NCBI GenBank assembly: GCA_020056225.1
Contig: JAGVIE010000025.1
Coordinates: 38,995-102,994, forward strand
Source of the DNA: Bacteroidota bacterium
GTDB taxonomy: Bacteria > Bacteroidota > Ignavibacteria > UBA10030 > SZUA-254
Length of the DNA stretch: 64,000 nt
Reading direction: 5' to 3'
Part shown: one piece after another, positions 37,414 through 45,576 of the stretch
Numbering within the stretch: the first letter of the stretch is position 1
How the letters are laid out: each line of letters opens with the position of its first letter
Position numbers and translations under genes: made by a program
The notes under the pieces: generated by a model
Database searches by the model: none
What the model saw: the letters and a program-made list of their open reading frames with translations, nothing else
Told to the model about the DNA's origin: nothing

Positions 37414-38721
37414 CTAGCGCTTCATTCTATTACTATTACTATTACTATTACTATTACTATTACTATCAATTAGATTTTTGGCTATTGCATCGACAATATT
37501 AACATTTACTGCATTTCCCAATGCCTTAAATGCTTTCGTAGATGCTTCTGGCAAATATTTAAGTTCATCCATACTCTGGAGTTTAGCACACTCCCGCACA
37601 GTCATATATCGTTTCTCCCAAGCGATGATAGGAACTTGCGTGGCGGTCATTGCAACAAGTGATGGCGAAGTTGTTGGTCTTTTCACGCGCACACCTGAAG
37701 CTCGAATCTGAATAATATATTTCCAGATATTACGATCTTCACCATTACAATTCCATTCTAATTTTTGAAGGCTCGGTGGAAATATTTTTATCTTGGGTAG
37801 CCAATCATCTATCCATTTTTTATTCTTTTCATAAAGCCCTCTGTTTTGGTTTATGAATTGTATTTTCCAATCAGGGAATTTGGCTTTTTGGTCGCGTGCA
37901 TGTGATGGTAGCTTGGCAAGATATTTTTTGATTTGAATTTTTTGTTTAGCTCGATCGTCCTTAACTGTCAACTTTTTTATCTTAGCTTTGAAAAGCTTGT
38001 ATGGTGTCTGATCTTTATATGAATACTTAGCACCAAACTCCATGGACCATATAGGAAAAGACGGAAGCTCTTCGTCTTTAGGAAATTTATCGATGAATTG
38101 CTGCCATACTTTGAGGCATTGGATGGTTTGCTTGGTCAGTTTTTTTGCACTAGCAGGATTTTTTGAAAGAATAGATCTTATCCGAAGAATTTTGTGATTA
38201 GAAGGTTTGGGCCATGAGAAATTTGGTAATCCTATTTTGCTTCCAACGATGAAAACGCGATCACGAATTTGTGGTATACCAAATTGATGAGGAGAAAGCC
38301 GCTGGTGCTGAATATAATAACCTGCTTTTTGGAGTTTCTTTTCCATTAACTCCCAAGTTTTGCCATTATCATGCCGTGTGAGGTTGGGGACGTTCTCTAA
38401 GATGAAATACTTTGGCTTATGATACTTGATTATTCTTAATGTATATTCAAAAAGATTACCCGACGTCGGACAATTTAATCCTTTTTGATCTCCAGCTTTT
38501 GAAAACGGTTGGCAAGGGAAGCCAGCACAAAGAATATCGTGTTTTGGAATTTCATGTAATTTAATATCACGGATGTCTCCACGCGGCTCAAAACCAAAAT
38601 TATTTTTATATAATTGTCTAAGATCATCATCAATCTCAGATGCGAAAACACACTCATGTCCCAGTTGTTCTAGAGCTACATGAAAACCACCAAGGCCAGC
38701 ATAGAGATCAATGAATTTCAT
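37414..38721 (-). CDS. dcm: DNA (cytosine-5)-methyltransferase with a C-terminal (Ser-Asn)6 tail
   Basis: Motif I 'FIDLYAGLGGFHVAL'. Motif IV 'GFPCQPFSKAG'. Motif VI 'ILENVPNL'. It ends ...DSNSNSNSNSNSNRMKR. Confidence 0.9.
   Translation of the reverse strand: MKFIDLYAGLGGFHVALEQLGHECVFASEIDDDLRQLYKNNFGFEPRGDIRDIKLHEIPKHDILCAGFPCQPFSKAGDQKGLNCPTSGNLFEYTLRIIKYHKPKYFILENVPNLTRHDNGKTWELMEKKLQKAGYYIQHQRLSPHQFGIPQIRDRVFIVGSKIGLPNFSWPKPSNHKILRIRSILSKNPASAKKLTKQTIQCLKVWQQFIDKFPKDEELPSFPIWSMEFGAKYSYKDQTPYKLFKAKIKKLTVKDDRAKQKIQIKKYLAKLPSHARDQKAKFPDWKIQFINQNRGLYEKNKKWIDDWLPKIKIFPPSLQKLEWNCNGEDRNIWKYIIQIRASGVRVKRPTTSPSLVAMTATQVPIIAWEKRYMTVRECAKLQSMDELKYLPEASTKAFKALGNAVNVNIVDAIAKNLIDSNSNSNSNSNSNRMKR
37429..37464 (-). 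repeat. Hexanucleotide simple-sequence repeat (ATTACT)6 on the plus strand, equal to (AGTAAT)6 encoding (SN)6 at the 3' end of dcm
   Basis: Read directly from the sequence: six perfect tandem 6-bp units, in frame. Confidence 0.9.
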
Positions 38722-38725
38722 TGTA

Positions 38726-39658
38726 CTAATTCACGATTGATTTTAATTTTGATATTCTCGGTTTTAGCCACTTTGTTATTTTAGAATTTAGAGTTTGAGA
38801 AATCCAATTGATATTATCATTTGTGGGAGTTAAGATTCTGTATCTATCAAGGAACATTCCCCTCACTAAATTACAATATTTCCTAAAGTCATAATCTAAA
38901 ACGACATAAGGTATGGCAAATGCTTTTTGCGGTTTAGCAGCGAAAAGAACAAGCTTCTCCCATAGGTCAATATTGGGCGTATGCTGTTTTTTAGACCAAT
39001 CTTGTCCACTAGCGCATTGAAGTAAATATACTGGTATACCTACTCTCTTATCAAAAAAAGGTCGATAACATAATAAATCAAGACCAGCTTCATTAGCGTC
39101 TGAGTTAATCCATTGTTCCCAATCTCCCTTGATTTCACCGAGTCTATCAGAAACTTCCTGAACAATATTCCCAATTTTTTTGGCATTCGTCCTGGTCCAA
39201 CCAGTAGAGAATATGATCCACCCACTGAATTGTTTCTCTAAGGACTCTTTTGTTAGCAATTCAAATAACTCTCCTTGCTCTGTGTAGTCATTACCGAATT
39301 GTTCTGCCAACTTAGGGTAATAAGGTAATAACGAAACAATTAGACAAAAGCTATGAGCAATAGCTTCATTCCAAGAATATTTACGCTTAATTTTTGCAGA
39401 GGCTATAACAAAAGGAGATCCGCTTCCTAATAGTTTCTCCCTTCTTTTTAACTCGCTCCAAATATTGTCAACAAATTCTGAAGCAAAATCTTGATCATCG
39501 TACATTTGTTCCTCAATCAGTACGTCAATTACATCAGTAGTAGATATACGATCTTCAGCAAATAATACGCTTCCTTCAAGCCAATCACATGCAACGTCCA
39601 ATCTTGAATTATGCACATTAATAGAACGAGAAAACCCTTTAGTCGGTAGTCTAAGCAT
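38726..39658 (-). CDS. Hypothetical protein in the Vsr-Dcm operon, a candidate restriction/effector component
   Basis: A 310-aa ORF. A 4-bp gap to dcm and a 12-bp gap from the upstream ParB-like gene. No recognisable catalytic motif. Confidence 0.5.
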   Translation of the reverse strand: MLRLPTKGFSRSINVHNSRLDVACDWLEGSVLFAEDRISTTDVIDVLIEEQMYDDQDFASEFVDNIWSELKRREKLLGSGSPFVIASAKIKRKYSWNEAIAHSFCLIVSLLPYYPKLAEQFGNDYTEQGELFELLTKESLEKQFSGWIIFSTGWTRTNAKKIGNIVQEVSDRLGEIKGDWEQWINSDANEAGLDLLCYRPFFDKRVGIPVYLLQCASGQDWSKKQHTPNIDLWEKLVLFAAKPQKAFAIPYVVLDYDFRKYCNLVRGMFLDRYRILTPTNDNINWISQTLNSKITKWLKPRISKLKSIVN

Positions 39659-39670
39659 GTAAATTCCAAA

Positions 39671-40774
39671 TCATTTTTTTTGTTCGGCAGTAATTACTGG
39701 AAACATTTCCAAAATTTGACTAGCATCCGCACTGAATCTCTTTATCGCTTCTTGTACTTTTTTTGACTTCTTATAGAAATGTACACGTGTCAACGCTAAT
39801 TCAATGTTATCTGATGCTTTCTCAATTAAATCAACTATCTCGGGTTCGTCTCCTCCAGCTAAATTATGTGCGATGTCAAAGCTTGGCTTGTCAGTTCTCT
39901 CTAGATATTTTACAGCTTCTCCACTTTCCAAAATCCGTCCGAAACGATCCACTTGCCGCGAATCAGTAAACAACGCTGGAGTCTTGTCATCGCCGAATAA
40001 CCAGAGAGCGAAATTTGCAAGAGCCTTCAAGTGTTTTTTGGGGACTGGAACCTTTGCATTTTTGGGATTAGCCTGAATATCGATTTGAAGATATTTCTGA
40101 ACACCCTGTGTACGTAATGATAGGTACATTACGCTAAATCGTTCTTCAAAATTTTCTTCTGGAATTTGTTGTACGTTGTCTTCTATCTCAAGTAATAACC
40201 GATAAGCGATATAATTTTGCCTCACTACTGGAGTCTTGCTTCCAATTTTACGCATGACTTCTTCGTAGGTCAAACCTCGATCATCTATTAACTTTGCAAT
40301 AAATTCTGCCTTTTCAGCAGGCTTCCATTCTTTTATCCCGGTAACATGACGAAAACCCAGAAAAGCCTCTACGTCTTCTCGCTTGTCAGCCTTTAGATAA
40401 GGAATTTTTGTGAATAAATCTTTGGTCGGTTTTGCACTTTTTGCTATTTCTGCCCATTTAGAAGATATTGGATTTCCATTATATGCTTCTTGTAGCAATT
40501 TAAGTGCAGCGAGTCTACGATTACCTTCAATAACAACTAATCTTGATTTTCCGTATAATTTTTCATTACAAACAATTAAAGCCTCTTGGGTCCAAAAACC
40601 GCCACTCTCTAAAAACGATGTTGCGAGTTCTTCTAATGTCCAATCTCTCATCAGGTCTAAAACATCTTTTTGACTCACATCATCTCCAGTGTTATTCCGG
40701 CCGAGACGTGGATTAAGAGGATCAAGATAAAGATCCTCAAGTTTTGCATTTTCAAGTGCCCTGCTAATCGCCAT
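39671..40774 (-). CDS. ParB/Srx-like N-terminal domain protein (ParB-like nuclease fold) in the Vsr-Dcm operon
   Basis: 'LEDLYLDPLNPRLGRN' resembles the ParB box. 'RLVVIEGNRRLAALKLL' matches the ParB/sulfiredoxin-fold arginine motif. Its start overlaps the vsr stop by 11 bp. Confidence 0.55.
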   Translation of the reverse strand: MAISRALENAKLEDLYLDPLNPRLGRNNTGDDVSQKDVLDLMRDWTLEELATSFLESGGFWTQEALIVCNEKLYGKSRLVVIEGNRRLAALKLLQEAYNGNPISSKWAEIAKSAKPTKDLFTKIPYLKADKREDVEAFLGFRHVTGIKEWKPAEKAEFIAKLIDDRGLTYEEVMRKIGSKTPVVRQNYIAYRLLLEIEDNVQQIPEENFEERFSVMYLSLRTQGVQKYLQIDIQANPKNAKVPVPKKHLKALANFALWLFGDDKTPALFTDSRQVDRFGRILESGEAVKYLERTDKPSFDIAHNLAGGDEPEIVDLIEKASDNIELALTRVHFYKKSKKVQEAIKRFSADASQILEMFPVITAEQKK

Positions 40775-41243
40775 CTTCTTTACCTCTTAATATTGTTGTT
40801 ATACGTCTTATAACATAATCTGTATTTCTTATTATATCTGATTCCCAAAATCTTGCAACTTGCAATCCCATTCTTTTTAAAGATTTTGTATTGTTTCTGT
40901 CGTGAATTTTATTATTCCCAATTTTAGCTATCCAATACTTCGAGTTTGTGCCTCGTTGTAAATTTCTTTTTAACGTTCTCCAATACCGGCCATGCCAAAA
41001 GTCACCATCACAAAATACTGCTAACCGTTCAGACGGAAAAACGATATCTGGCTTGCCAGGCAAAGATTTTACATGCCTCTTAAATTTCAATCCCTGCTTG
41101 TTCAATTCGCTCATCAGAAGCAGTTCATGCTTTGTCTTTGTGCTTTTGTTTGCACGTTTTGAAAACGAGGCAATCTCGGATGCAGGTTTCAATCCTTTAT
41201 AAGAAGGGGCACTCTTCTTCCTTATGTTCGATGATCGTGTCAT
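40764..41243 (-). CDS. vsr: Very-short-patch repair endonuclease Vsr
   Basis: 'TKTKHELLLMSELNKQGLKFKRHVKSLPGKPDIVFPSERLAVFCDGDFWHGRYW' shows the canonical Vsr motifs (TKPE..L, LPGKPD, FVDGCFWH). Confidence 0.85.
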   Translation of the reverse strand: MTRSSNIRKKSAPSYKGLKPASEIASFSKRANKSTKTKHELLLMSELNKQGLKFKRHVKSLPGKPDIVFPSERLAVFCDGDFWHGRYWRTLKRNLQRGTNSKYWIAKIGNNKIHDRNNTKSLKRMGLQVARFWESDIIRNTDYVIRRITTILRGKEDGD

Positions 41244-41381
41244 TAGTTACCGATGGAAGATACAAAAAAAAAGAGAATATTGCATACTGATCCCTTGTAA
41301 TATTTACCTTCCAACTCTTTAAATCGTAATGTACAATTTAGCACAAATTTCTTGTCAGCTTCAAACCAACAGTTGCAAAAG

Positions 41382-41525
41382 TCCCCTCTTCCATAGCCCT
41401 AACTTTGGTGAGAGGGGATTTTCCGCCAGAGGCGGATGCGCCTCCGGCGCAAGGGGTGTGTCGCATGAGCCACGAGCTCTGCTTTATAACTACACACCCC
41501 TGTAGTCCCCTCTCAAGAGGGGACT
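41382..41525. repeat. Cluster of five consecutive GC-rich hairpins (REP/MITE-like structured element) between the Vsr operon and the upstream gene
   Basis: TCCCCTCT...AGAGGGGA (41382-41418). CCGCC-aga-GGCGG (41423-41435). GCGCC-tcc-GGCGC (41438-41450). GGGGTGTGT...ACACACCCC (41453-41500). AGTCCCCTCT-caag-AGAGGGGACT (41504-41525). Confidence 0.6.
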
Positions 41526-41526
41526 T

Positions 41527-42411
41527 TTAAATCAGCACCCCATCCTTCCATCCAAGCTTGATAAGCTCAATCTTCTTCATATCGGCTACACCAACTCCAT
41601 GCTTATGCTCTGCTGCTGCAATATGTTTTGGTGACGGGCGTATTGGCAAGTCTCCCTTGAAATACTGCCGCCGTTTTGCCTCGATTATTTTCAGCCCAAC
41701 CGAGTCGAGCGCTACCGGATCCGTCCCAACAAGCAATCCTTTGTATTGCCAGATAAATTCTTTATCAAAATGATGAGGTCCAAGACAATTAAACTGCGGC
41801 GTCATCATCAAAAGAACATTTAACCGCGTTTTACCTTTCACAATCGGAAGGTTGTACAAACTCCCCAGATCAACACACGAGTCGGGATGAAGATCCGACG
41901 GCTCGGGGGCGAACATAATATAATTCTTCAAACAGCCGCTCACACCTGCCCAATGATGCGCCCGCATCGGGCGTGAATTAATCAATGCAGTTGCCTTAAG
42001 GAAGACGGGGTTTTGTAAAACACCTTGGTCATCGATGCTGATATTTGCCTCCTGAACACCGACAGACCTGAGCCGAGATTTCAGTGTGTTCTCAACTTCT
42101 GCCGGCGTGGGTAAATACTTCCACCTGTTCGATTTTATACCAACAATATCCGTCGGCTTGATGATCTGCTTCCATGCCGCTTCGGGGGTTTTCGCATCGA
42201 ACAATTTTATCATCGCTTCATCGAGCATCTGCTCAAAAATCTTCTGATCGATCTTTCCGTCTTTATCTACAATGTTCTGGTGACGAATAAGTATGACCTT
42301 TGATTTCTTTTCCAATGCTTGATTTGCAAATAATGGTACCCCCGCGGTGGCTATGAGTGCGGCAGCGCCTGTCTTGCGAAGAAAATCCCTGCGAGTAATT
42401 ATGTGTGTCAT
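41527..42411 (-). CDS. Tat-signal-bearing hypothetical protein
   Basis: 'RRDFLRKTGAAALIATAGVPLFA' is a twin-arginine signal. A 294-aa ORF. There is a 4-bp overlap with the upstream gene. Confidence 0.5.
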   Translation of the reverse strand: MTHIITRRDFLRKTGAAALIATAGVPLFANQALEKKSKVILIRHQNIVDKDGKIDQKIFEQMLDEAMIKLFDAKTPEAAWKQIIKPTDIVGIKSNRWKYLPTPAEVENTLKSRLRSVGVQEANISIDDQGVLQNPVFLKATALINSRPMRAHHWAGVSGCLKNYIMFAPEPSDLHPDSCVDLGSLYNLPIVKGKTRLNVLLMMTPQFNCLGPHHFDKEFIWQYKGLLVGTDPVALDSVGLKIIEAKRRQYFKGDLPIRPSPKHIAAAEHKHGVGVADMKKIELIKLGWKDGVLI

Positions 42412-43286
42412 GGTAATCTCCTCTTGAATGTTTCAAGTGAAATCATTGCTTGTTCTTTTGTAGGTACATCGAACATTATGACGAAATAATTTTTCTCTTT
42501 CGTACAAGTTGTCCACTTTTCGTTTTCGGTCTTAACGATACCCGATTCCTTGCTATCAGGCATATAGTGAGTCAGAAAGCTATTATAAGCGGAATCGGTT
42601 TGTTCTTTGTTCGGATAACCGGCAAGCAGAAGGTAACTACTATCTTTCTTCGATCTTACAAGAACACCCTCAGTGCTATCATTTAGATTCAAAATGTTAC
42701 TATCCGCAACATAGAAGTGGATATTGAGGATCTCGTACCTGTAGAAATACCGCAAGCTCTTCTCAAGATATTTATTGAGCGGGATATGTTTGACTATATC
42801 CGGTCGTTTTCCTTCCGTTGGAATAGCACGTGCTATTTTCTCTCCCAGATCGAATATTGCCTTTGATGCTTGTGGATTCTCCTTTTCTACCCTGATGCAG
42901 ATGAAGTACTTGTCCTTCCAGAAACAAAGCAATCCCATTTTATATTCTCCATCCTGACCGATAGTCACGCTGGTTCCTCGTCCTTGCATGTATGTATAAA
43001 CGCCAAACGCATTCCGTGCGGATCCCATATCGAACACCTCAATCAGGATTTCTTCCTGATTCGGACACGCATATCGCTGAACAAGAAGTTTTTGGAAATT
43101 GTAAGAACGATATATTTCACCCGCACCGTCCATGTAATCAAATATTTCCTCACCTGTATAGATGCGCGACGAATCCGATGCTTTCCAGCAATCGATTGAA
43201 GGTGGAATGAATTTCTGCATAGCAGTTTGAGTTGTTGTATCTGATGAAGCCATAAAAAAAGATAGAAATATAAATAATGTTGTCAT
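42408..43286 (-). CDS. Secreted hypothetical protein
   Basis: N-terminal signal peptide. 292 aa. Co-operonic with 41527..42411. Confidence 0.5.
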   Translation of the reverse strand: MTTLFIFLSFFMASSDTTTQTAMQKFIPPSIDCWKASDSSRIYTGEEIFDYMDGAGEIYRSYNFQKLLVQRYACPNQEEILIEVFDMGSARNAFGVYTYMQGRGTSVTIGQDGEYKMGLLCFWKDKYFICIRVEKENPQASKAIFDLGEKIARAIPTEGKRPDIVKHIPLNKYLEKSLRYFYRYEILNIHFYVADSNILNLNDSTEGVLVRSKKDSSYLLLAGYPNKEQTDSAYNSFLTHYMPDSKESGIVKTENEKWTTCTKEKNYFVIMFDVPTKEQAMISLETFKRRLP

Positions 43287-43397
43287 ATTTATAGAGATAA
43301 AGTAATAATTGATGGATGATGCTACACATTTGGTGTTCCATTAACTATTCAGCAGCTGGATACACCACTCATATTGAACTCGACTCCCACCCAAACC

Positions 43398-43429
43398 CTC
43401 CCCTTTCTCTAATTTTAGAGAAGGGGGAG
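43398..43429. repeat. Near-perfect 14-bp-stem palindrome CTCCCCTTTCTCTA-attt-TAGAGAAGGGGGAG
   Basis: Read directly from the sequence. It lies approximately 50 nt downstream of the OPT transporter stop. No U-tract follows. Confidence 0.5.
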
Positions 43430-43477
43430 AACAGGGAGAGGGATGAGTATTTTTGCGTAACCTAAATTGATATTTTT

Positions 43478-45538
43478 TTATTTGACATTCTTTGATGGAA
43501 TCCTAATCAACAGGAATCCTATGATAGCTATGCAAACTAAACTCAGCAGATACATCGGCTCATCGAACATATGAAATATCTTAATCTCGGCAAAAGCGAG
43601 TCCGGCAAACAACAAACCGAGTAACGCTTCACCTGCGATGAGACCTGAAGATATCAGCACCCCGATATTATTCATCTTTTCTTTTGTACCAGCATCCAAC
43701 TTTCGTTTCTCTGCGATCTTATCGAGCAGTCCCTTCATCAATCCGCCCACGAAGATTGCAAAAGATGTATCGATTGGCAGGTACATACCGACGCTGATTA
43801 GCATGGGACTTTTTACCTGCATCATAATAAACGCAAAACCCATCAGCATGCCTACGATGATAAGAATAAATTCCGTCTTTGCTTCCACTATTCCTCGTGC
43901 GACAACAGCCATCAAGCTCGCTTGCGGCGCGGGCAATTTTTCTCCACCGAAACCGGCGCGCGTACCGAGGATATCGTTCTGTTGTTCTGGCGGTAATTGT
44001 TTTACTTCGTCAACCGTGTAAACCTTTCCATTTAATGTTGCGTCCTGCCCTTTGTATTCGACCGATGTTACTCCACTTTTTTGAAGCTTATCAAACTCAT
44101 TACCGACAACCTGCTTGATATCTCCCAAATGAAGCAACGACAAAATCAGAAACATAACTATCGCCGCCGCGGTCATGCCGAAGATATCGCCAACCTGCAT
44201 TCTCCAAGGCGTACAGCCGAGGATGTGACCGGCTTTCAAATCTTGCATCATCTCTCCGGCAACCGAGACGCTTGTACAGGTAAACGCCGCAACACCGAGC
44301 ACGGCTGCAATGGCGGCAACACCGGTCATTCCTAATCCAACCATAAGAAAAGCCACAACGATAAGTACCGAGACTGTCAGTCCGCTAGTTGGGTTATTGC
44401 TTACTCCGATGATACCGACAAGATAACCGGACACTGCCGCGAATACAAAACCGAGAAATAACATCACCACGGCGGCAACTGCGGCAGGTAAGAAACTCTG
44501 CGTAAAATAATTAAAAATGAAAAGCATGATGAGAGCAATAATCCCGATTACCAAAAGGGACCAACGGATGTTGATGTCTTTGTCGGTCCGTAAAATATTT
44601 GAATCATCCGAACCGGATTTTCTGAGATAAGAAAACGAGCGAGTTATACCTGTGAAAAGACTATTCCGCATTTTATACAATGTATAGAAAGCACCTACAA
44701 GCATTCCTCCGATCGCAATATAACGGACGTAGTTTTTCCAGATGGATGTAAGCTCCGCAGTCCAGTTACTTACAGCACCCGGATCGTCACGGTGTATGAA
44801 GTAAGCGATGATCGGTGTCAGCAATCCCCACGCAAGCACACCACCACTGAAGTTTATCGCACCAAGTTTCGGACCGATGATATAACCGACACCGAAGTAC
44901 GCCGGATTCATACCCGGTGCGCGAAGCATTAACACGCCTTTGGATAGCGACACTATCTTTTGCCATCCCGCCGCGATGAACTTGAATTCGACCAACGCAC
45001 TAAAAAAGGCACCGACACCCATCCCTGCAAATAGGAACCGTGAATTCTGGACACCACTCTGTCCCGATTTGTGGATTTCCGATGCCGCAATCGATTCAGG
45101 GAAGGGAAGCTCAGCATCTTCTACTAATACTCGTCTCAGTATCGTAACGAACATGATACCTAAAATGCCTGCAACGACCAGCATGATTGTTGAAAGGATG
45201 TAATGTTCGAGTGAGAAGAACGGATTCCAGATTGAAGCAATAAAAAATGCCGGTAATGTAAAGATGGCGCCTGTAGCGACATTCCCTCCAATCGATCCAA
45301 CAGTTCGTGCGGCATTTTCTTCGAGCAAAGTTCCTTTCATCGTTTTTAAAACTGCCATGCCGATGACAGCAGTTGTGTAAGTTGCAGCGATTGTCATTCC
45401 GGCTTTCAACCCGAGGTAGGCATTGGCAGCTCCCATCATTACTGCCATTAACACACCAAGGAACACAGCTCGGAATGTGAACTCTGCCATCTTTGTATCG
45501 GCAGAAACGAACGGAGTGAATTTTTTCTCTTCAGTCAT
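43478..45538 (-). CDS. OPT-family oligopeptide transporter
   Basis: 686 aa and polytopic. The N-terminus 'FTFRAVFLGVLMAVMMGAANAYLGLKAGMTIAATYTTAVIGMAV' is characteristic of bacterial OPT transporters. Confidence 0.8.
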   Translation of the reverse strand: MTEEKKFTPFVSADTKMAEFTFRAVFLGVLMAVMMGAANAYLGLKAGMTIAATYTTAVIGMAVLKTMKGTLLEENAARTVGSIGGNVATGAIFTLPAFFIASIWNPFFSLEHYILSTIMLVVAGILGIMFVTILRRVLVEDAELPFPESIAASEIHKSGQSGVQNSRFLFAGMGVGAFFSALVEFKFIAAGWQKIVSLSKGVLMLRAPGMNPAYFGVGYIIGPKLGAINFSGGVLAWGLLTPIIAYFIHRDDPGAVSNWTAELTSIWKNYVRYIAIGGMLVGAFYTLYKMRNSLFTGITRSFSYLRKSGSDDSNILRTDKDINIRWSLLVIGIIALIMLFIFNYFTQSFLPAAVAAVVMLFLGFVFAAVSGYLVGIIGVSNNPTSGLTVSVLIVVAFLMVGLGMTGVAAIAAVLGVAAFTCTSVSVAGEMMQDLKAGHILGCTPWRMQVGDIFGMTAAAIVMFLILSLLHLGDIKQVVGNEFDKLQKSGVTSVEYKGQDATLNGKVYTVDEVKQLPPEQQNDILGTRAGFGGEKLPAPQASLMAVVARGIVEAKTEFILIIVGMLMGFAFIMMQVKSPMLISVGMYLPIDTSFAIFVGGLMKGLLDKIAEKRKLDAGTKEKMNNIGVLISSGLIAGEALLGLLFAGLAFAEIKIFHMFDEPMYLLSLVCIAIIGFLLIRIPSKNVK

Positions 45539-45576
45539 ACTCTAGTACTTTCGATTGATGATATGAGTTATTAAAT

